64,000 nt of DNA, taken from assembly GCA_951406725.2 (NCBI GenBank), contig OX597820.1:62496001-62560000 (forward strand). The letters run 5' to 3'. Made by a program: the position numbers and the translations under genes. This DNA comes from Octopus vulgaris (taxonomy: Eukaryota). Positions 55,862-64,000 of the stretch are shown in pieces (position 1 is the first letter of the stretch; every line of letters starts with the position of its first letter). Below the pieces are notes generated by a model. It was not told where the DNA came from and did not search any database. It saw nothing but the letters and a program-made list of their open reading frames with translations.

Positions 55862-56654
55862 GTATATAGATAGCTACATAAATATGTACGTATATCTACC
55901 CATATATTCTTATATATGTATACACACACAGTAATATATGTATGTATTTGCACACACACACATACACACACACCCATATATATATATATGTGTGTGCGTA
56001 AATACACCCACACACCCACACACACAATACATATTTTGAATGACAATGTGTATTCATATGTTGTCTGTGCTAATATGTATGTGATGTGTGCGCATCCGTG
56101 TATACGTGTGTATTACTGTGTGTTACTTCATAGATAAATTTTCGTTCGTTATAAACTTAGAAATGCTATATTGTTATTGCGTAACCAGTAAAGGAAGACA
56201 CATAAATCTATTTACATCTGGGCAATCGATGGTACGTTGTGAAATCTTATATTGAAATTTATATTTGAATGTTTGTTTCGCATCAGACTCTTACATTTTC
56301 TTGCTCTCTCTTGGAGTGTGTCTCCCATTACCATTCTCTGTTTGAATATAATATGTACAAGGGTGATTGTGGTTGAGTGTGTATGTGTATGTCTGGCTAC
56401 AGTATTGAACTTGCAACCTGTAGGTTGTTGTTTCGATTCACATTTGCGCTATTCTTAGTGTTTCTGAGCAAAACACTCTATTTCACGGTGCCCCCGTCTA
56501 CTTAGATCTCAAAGCGACCTACTAGTGTTTTACTAAGAGGACTATTGACCAGCCTGCTTACCTAAGAGGTATAAATTATCTAAAGTAACATTGGACATAG
56601 AGCGTGAGATATTTGAGGACAGATTTATGTTTATGAAAATAAACACATATAATA

Positions 56655-57520
56655 ACAGGTAGTAACTTTATTAATGAAAAGATGCTATGAGGATAACAAT
56701 AACCTTTACTTCTCTAATGCTATTCAATAAAGCCACCTTCAGTTTCAACAGCTGGTTCTATATGAGATCTAAATCACCTCCATGTTCGAATCAAGGGGTC
56801 CTAGTTCATTTTGGACATTACTCTGATTATGGCCAATTTCAAAGAATCTTTGGTGTTATGGGCATGTTCATTGACATCTCTCTCAACAACGCTCCACATG
56901 TAATAGTCCAATGGATTGAGATCTGAGGAATTAGAAGTAAGGAGGTATCACATGCCCTACATTGCTGACAACCCCTAAAACCATGACAGTTTCAGGAAAT
57001 TGTGTATGCATAAGACTTAGAACTTCAGAAGGGTGTGCATATAATCATCTGTCATTTGTTTCGTTAACTTTTTGATCTTGGTCGAAGATTTTCTCGTTAG
57101 AACCAAATCAAGTTTTCTTCTGCTGGATTTTTAAGTTTCTTTAAGAATCTTTTAGATAAGTTTTAGTGATTTTCTTTTGCTTTTTGTGAAAATTGACCTT
57201 TCCTCGTCATATAAAATTTATATCTGATGTTTTCGTGGACAACAGTTCTGACTGTTCCTTCTGACACATGGAAATCTTTTGCAATTGACCTCATGGACTT
57301 TCTGGGATTGTAATCAATGGCTTGTTGAACTTTCTGGATAAATTCAGGTGTTCTGATGATTTAAGATCATTTGGAATGTTTTTTATGCTTTGATACTAAT
57401 GATACGTTTACGTCTTCCGTCTCCAACTCCTTACAAACTCTGTAGAAGAAAGATATGGCAACTTTTAAAAATCGAGATATTTAAAACAAGTTAAAAATAA
57501 TGGCCATTACATATAATTCC
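56655..57520 (-). mobile_element. Tc1/mariner (maT-like) transposase relic
   Basis: SNSSDLNPLDYYMWSVVERDVNEH...FRSHIEPAVETEGGFIE*. Confidence 0.8.
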
Positions 57521-57896
57521 TTTATTAGAGCAGTTTGGGCGTACAGCTGTTTTTCGGTAATCATTATAGGTACATTATTAATAGGTTTACTCAATTGGTA
57601 TATTGATTAAACGAGGTAAATTGAATAACCTAAGAATATTAATGCTATTTTCGTCAGAGCCATTTCTGAAAGTAACAAGCAGAGCACTTGAGGAGTGGAT
57701 ATGGTTTGCGGAAGGTGGGGGAAAGGCTGGGATGTTCAAGTAGAATACAGAACAGGAGAAGGGAACAAACAAGATGAGGACAAATATCCGTCAAAAGTAA
57801 GTAATGTAAATAATGTACATAATTCCTCATCTCTTACATATACAACTATATCGGGGGAAGGCAGGTTACAATAGGGTGAGACAAACAAACAAGTGG

Positions 57897-57948
<52 letters not shown>

Positions 57949-57954
57949 AGTATA

Positions 57955-58135
57955 TAAAGCGTCACTGAAGAGGTAACGGGATGTGTGACGAAAATCTTAG
58001 TCGAAGTACAATAAAGTAACAACATTAATAGCGCCAAAGTGGAAAATAAATATACAGTGCGTGTATTTATTTGGCAAAGAAAAAAGTGACCATCCCGAAA
58101 TATAACAATATCCGTTTCAACACACGGTTTCATAT
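57955..58135 (+). mobile_element. Penelope-type terminal-repeat fragment with hammerhead-like motif
   Basis: CTGAAGA-g-gtaac..gtgac-GAAA..GTC followed by caataaag. Confidence 0.4.
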
Positions 58136-58277
58136 CAAGAATCCTGCAAAGGAACTACATAAACGGAACTTGAGCCTCAGCCTGGCTAGCGAGACGTTGA
58201 AAAGTGCTATATGTAGTTGCCTTAAACAAACCATCACAACACAACATAAAAAAATGTTTGTTACCTCTTTATATATT

Positions 58278-58500
58278 ATTTGTTTCCATCTTTAGACTGC
58301 GGTCATGCTGGGGTACCGTCCTGAAGAGGTTTCGTGAAACGAATGGACACCAGTACTAATTCTCTTTTTAAGCCTGGTATTATTTCTATCGGACTGTTTG
58401 GCCGAACCGCTACATTACGGGGTCGTTAACAAACATCTTTGAAGCAATGATGAGGAACAAACACCGACACAAAACACAAACACACACACACATACACGGA
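58278..58500 (-). mobile_element. SINE family A 3' half, diverged
   Basis: gactgcggtcatgctggggtaccg...gccgaaccgctacattacgggg. Confidence 0.75.
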
Positions 58501-58550
58501 CAGCGGACACATATATGTTTGAGTGAATATGCATTTACATGTATATCTAT

Positions 58551-58629
<79 letters not shown>

Positions 58630-58957
58630 ATCCTATGAACCAAAGGGAAAAACCGAAGGGAAATAAGAGATCCACTTACTGTAATGTGTTTTATTTTTGC
58701 ATGACACTATTGTCCAAGGTCTTTTCCGTATGCTTTTCTATCCACGGACATACCTAATCTGTTTTCCCCTTTTACATTGACATTTCTGTGATACACGATC
58801 CCTATTGATCGGTCCCACTTTTATTTTTATTTTCACGATCCCTTTTGATCGGGATTTTACACCCCCTTTCTTTCCTTTCTCTTCTTCCCCAAAAGAAAAG
58901 CTCTACTTTGTATTTTGTCCCTTCTGTGTTCAGTCCAGCTTGGTCAATAAAGAAATG

Positions 58958-59038
<81 letters not shown>

Positions 59039-59629
59039 GCATGTATGTATATATAGTTACGTATTGCTAAAATTGTTTATTTCTTGATAACTAAAGAAGA
59101 TGAAATTTACAGAACTCGCACGTTTCCGTGACTTTAGATTAATATAAAGAAATTGGTTGTCGTAACATTTTAACATTTTCGCTGTCATTTGATTGGTTGT
59201 TTGATGGTGTTGCATGTTGCTGATCAAGAAACGTCCTTCAAACTTTTCGAAGGTGGATTTCAAAAGATGCCCATATGAATGTATGTGTGCGCGTGCGTGA
59301 GGACTTTCTGTGCCTGTGTTCGTGTCTATGTATGTGTCTTTGAAAGTTTATACAAAATCTCATAAAATAGGTAAATAATTTTCTCAAGAATTAACTATGC
59401 AGGACTTAGCCTTGAACCATATCAACTGATTGCTGCAATATTAGCCTTGGAAGATCTTTTCATATTGTGGGTATGATGTACGAAAGCACTTTTGTCTGTA
59501 CTATTACGAACCATAACATAACATATATATGAAAAGTTATTTCAAGGCTAACAACGCAGTCTTCGGACATCTAACAAGACATCCACGTTCCTTTGGATTA
59601 GATGTTTACCGATCATTTTCAACTACCTG

Positions 59630-59884
59630 CGACGATTTCATCCTGCGACGATTTCATCTCAATCGAAGGAGAGGAGCTTTCTCCGTCCGGGTTGCGGATC
59701 CGTGGAACAAGCTGCCAGACGAGATGGTGAAGATGCCGACGACCGCTTTGTTCAAAGCCTCCCTTGACCTCAAGTGGCCTGAACTCTTTACATGAACACC
59801 ACCCTGTACTTAACTCCATCTCCATGTCCCCCTACATGGCCTTGCTATTTGCTTTTGAGCCAAATTAACTAACTAACTAACTAA
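59630..59884 (+). mobile_element. CR1-type LINE 3' end with (AACT)n tail
   Basis: LNRRRGAFSVRVADPWNKLPDEMV...FKASLD; tail aactaactaactaact. Confidence 0.88.
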
Positions 59885-60837
59885 GTTTCATATGCCGAAA
59901 ATACGTAACCGCGTGATCAGAATTACTAAGAACAATTTCATATAACAGGATGAACAATTTTGAACAATTTTGAAACTACTACAATTGAGCAATGTAATCA
60001 AATAACTTAATATTCATTTTCATTAGCAAGACAATTAACTCTTTGGTTCTTGTTGGTATTCTTTTCCGAGTCTGATGACTGCAACTGACATAAGACAATG
60101 GGTACTCGCTGACAGAGAATTGGAGTTCATTGGTGTTCAGTTTTCATATTTTGTTGAGTGATATTATGAACTGCTTCAGAATATTAACCTCAATCTGCGT
60201 TTATAAAGATTATAATCTGAATAGTTATATTCATGACTGCTATGGGAGTGCAAGAAGTGCAAATGATGACTTGTACCAACCTTTGGCATCTTTGGTGATA
60301 AGCTGCGCATTTTACTCATAATTTTAGATAATAATAGTTATTATATAATTGTTGTTTTGAATGCGATGTCCTTAGATACACAAAACAATGTCTATCTCAG
60401 CTATAAATATATTTTTCTGGCTGTGTAATGTAAAGCTGAAAGCAATGTTGTCGGAGCAGGAATTAATTAATGTATATTGAAAATTTGATTTATTAAAGCA
60501 TCATCGAAAAGCATAGCTTATATGAGTTTGGGATTATTTAATAATATTTTTAGTGACTTCTAATTATGCGATTACTAACTATCGCATGTTGTGGTGGATG
60601 GTTGAGAGATACTGCACATCGTCAAACTTATTAATACATCTACTCCTAGCAGGAACTTTGAAATTAATTTTTTGCTTATCGCTGAAACTGAAGAACAGAT
60701 TCATCGAATTACTGTCTATGTTGAGTAATTTACAGCGTACCCTTGACCTCATAAGCAACATAACGAAGTTTGTACCACACATTACAATATTATTACTACA
60801 TCTCGTAATTATTTCAGTAACATTACAGTATTACTAA

Positions 60838-61050
60838 TGTGGTGAGCTGGCAGAATCGTTGCCACACCTGGCAAAATGCTTTGCGACATTTCGTCCATCT
60901 TTATATTCTACGTTCAAATTCCGGCGAAGTCGACTTTGCCTTTCATCCCTTTGAGGTCGGTGAGATAGGTACCAGTTGAACATCATTGTCGATGTAATTG
61001 ACTTATCCCCGCTCCGAAATTGCTGGCCTTGTGCCCAAATTTGAAACCGA
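60838..61050 (+). mobile_element. SINE family B, diverged
   Basis: ggtgagctggcagaatcgtt...ttcaaattccggcgaagtcgactttgcctttcatcc. Confidence 0.85.
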
Positions 61051-61779
61051 CATTACAGTTGTAAGTGATACCATAACGAACAGAGACTACACTGTTTTAC
61101 AAACTTGGGAACTTCTTTGTAGCAATTCGATTTACAGCAGCTTCAATTCACACATTACCCACGTGTTGAAAAAAGAATTCAAGGGACAAAATTATCGGCA
61201 AACCCCAGATTCTACGAGATTGCTTCTTCGTTATCGCTAGCTCGTAGTAAAGAGACCGCTACCAAATCTATTTCAAATCATAAATAAGGACATATTAGCT
61301 GATTTAAACCTAAAAATGTAGTGACTGAGAAAGAAATGGTTATGTTGTTAAGAATCAGACTCCTATTAGACGTAAATCTGCTCGATTAGGGCACTAACAA
61401 TAAAATTTCTGACAACTCCATTACATTCACATTTACTAATTCACTACACTCAATCACTAGTAACGTAACCAAAACAGACCCTCCATTACTGTCATTTGCA
61501 CCGGCCTAGATTAAACACCAACGATAACAATCACTCTTATCACCACCAGCACTCAAAATTCCTCCACAACCAGAGATTATGGATACTGACTCACAACTAC
61601 AACTATATAAACAGCACACTTAAATTCCTGATATTCTCACAAAAGTATATCATGTAATCAAAACATACAAATCATACATGTATTGCAATATGATACAAAT
61701 CAAATTAAAAGCTCGTTTACAGAAGTAAAAACAAATTTTATTATCTTCGATAATATTTGAATAGTGATAATACAGAAAG

Positions 61780-62330
61780 CCATACTGGTACCTCAATAGA
61801 GAATTCCATAAATCTACGTAATATACTCAGATATGGAAAGACAGGCAAAAAGTGTAGACCTGATAACATATGTAAAATCATGCATCTGCTACATAGATAC
61901 CATAAATGACACTCGAACATTACTAGAACACGGCAACACTCAAGAAATGCAAACATTCAGAAATAAAATCCCGTTACAAGTAGTACACCAATGCAATAAA
62001 CACTAGCGATCTCACCAATGACCGACATGAATACATACGCCATTTTAGATATACTCCAGCATCTCCAAGGCTCGAGCCACCCATTATGCAGTCACATTCC
62101 TTTCTAGAAATAGCAATCGTATCTCCGGTAACTGAATATATTTTCCCATTCCGTCTAACTATATAACTGTTATACTTCAATCTGATGACACCTCATCTGC
62201 AAACTTTAGCTTTGAAGAAGACTTCAACGTTAACCACAAAAATGTTATAGGATCATCACAGCGAAAAACAACATAACGTACAAGGCAACTTAATCGTTGC
62301 TCTGAAAAACAGGATTTCAAAGAAACGCGT
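61780..62330 (+). mobile_element. Possible decayed LINE apurinic endonuclease domain
   Basis: EEDFNVNHKNVIGSS...NN resembles GDFNAHH..WGS...N.RG; other motifs weak. Confidence 0.35.
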
Positions 62331-64000
62331 TGTAGTCTATGTGGGCAGACACAAGTAAATAAGGTTTCGAGAAAAATTTAAAGAGGAATTCGTTGTGAGG
62401 AGTAAAACATTGTAATGATCTGGACATTTGTCATTTTCAATGAGAAAGAATATTTGAAATAACTATATGATTTTTTGTTTATATGGCTGAATACGTTTCC
62501 TAAAATGTTGTTGTTCAAAAAATATTGCTGTGGAACTCAGAATCTTTTTGAAAATCATATAAAGTTTTATGCAACAGCATAACTTCCGTTGTATCGAATG
62601 GACCATAAAAACATAATTTAGTGAAATCTCGTCATTACAGTTTGCGTAAAAAAATAGACAGAATCGTTAGCTTCTCCCTGAAACGAAAATAATGAATATG
62701 GATGAGTACCTTGACTACCGCACGACACTGTTCGATATGTAATAAAACATTATCTTAGAAGTACTGGCTTAAGTGAAATTACATCCCAAAGTAGGTTCAC
62801 CTGTTGCGCGTCCAAAACACTCAGAAATTTCAAGAATAGCTTAACGGCAGTACTTATTTGTCTGTCTTAATTTAGTTAGATTAAGGAGACTACAGCAGCT
62901 TTAAAAAACAAAACTAACATTATAGCTTCACTCGCTTCAAATACAATGAAGGCTTGCTCATCATTTTTCACAAGTATAAAAAAAAGGTGCTATTAGACTC
63001 TGATCGAGTACACCTTTTCCATTCTGCTGTGGGCTTCACAGTAATTTACAGTTGCACGGTGAATCAAGTGGCCCGGTGCGTTTCTTCGATTAACAAAGAT
63101 AACAGAAACATTCCTTTACCTCACATTTGCACATATCAGCGCAGTAATTGTAGATAAAAAGACGTGATGGCCAACAATGTAACATCTATCATCTTTGTTG
63201 TGATTTTGGACTAACCTGGGGCTAGATAAGCATACAAAAGCCATAGAGAGCTAACGAGGGATACTCAATGTGACAGCTTTGAAAGATCAATACACAGTGG
63301 CTTGGTCTTTATTAATATGCAACCCTGCTTTCTAACAGTAAGCATTAATTTTACGCATATATATGAAAACACCTTCTTTATACGCAGTAAATCAGGGCAC
63401 ATATGTTTGAAAAGCTAATCAACGAAAGTGCTTACACACAATACACACAATACAAAATAATCTTTCCGAAAGGTTTGTGACATTATGTTTCCAGTACCAT
63501 CTGCCCCCACCCAACTTTAAGTAGTTAACAACTTTTAATACAATCTTTCTTTAAATATTGTGACTGTATGAAGTATTTTGGGGGCATGAAACTAGTTGGT
63601 CTAATGATCTGGGTATTGCATAAGTATTGGTTTTTTAGTCAGCGTTCTCAGTATGCAAAGAAACCCTGCGAGTCACGAAAGGATGTAATCGTTGAAATTA
63701 CCCAGGTCAATGAATTCAGAGAGGAATGAAGCGAGATAGAAGCCTTTGATGCAAGAAGAAATATAATAGAAATGTTATCGCTTTCAGGCGTTGTTTGGAG
63801 AGCATCAGTGGAAGAAGATGTATGTTGTGGGGTGTAGGAAAGTTGTATTGATTCAGATTAATGGGAAGTCACGAGAAAAATGATTGACTGCAGGAACTGA
63901 ACCTACATTTGCGTAGAGTGTACTTTTAGAATACTATGACAATTTACTGTTGTAGTCTTAATACAGTACAACTAGGACTATGTTATTAAGTCTATCTTTT

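Overview
Eukaryotic, very AT-rich, repeat-saturated genomic DNA, most likely from an octopus (coleoid cephalopod). This inference rests on the recurrent tRNA-derived SINE families with internal microsatellites and the very large (TA)n/(CA)n/(GATA)n fields. No intact conserved protein-coding gene, rRNA, true tRNA or CRISPR array is visible, and most ORFs in the supplied track are microsatellite artefacts. The window is a mosaic of SINEs, decayed LINEs (CR1, L1/Tx1, R4/Dong, HERO-like, RTE), Penelope-like elements, Tc1/mariner relics, MITEs and a possible Gypsy relic. The most informative non-routine signals are: (1) a compact CRE/initiator-like module followed by a 67-codon basic ORF and phase-compatible splice sites (17.0-19.6 kb); (2) an antisense protocadherin-like relic inside its putative intron; (3) a 913-bp Tx1-like element inserted with a 15-bp TSD into the tRNA-like head of a SINE; (4) a microsatellite-poor, strand-skewed domain of drifting ~40-bp tandem repeats (22.8-25.6 kb); (5) an open 194-codon degenerate class A GPCR frame; (6) a canonical CCAAT/E-box/TATA/Inr promoter in the 3' end of a HERO-like retroelement. 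All protein-family calls are by-eye motif recognition, not database results, and most element boundaries are approximate.
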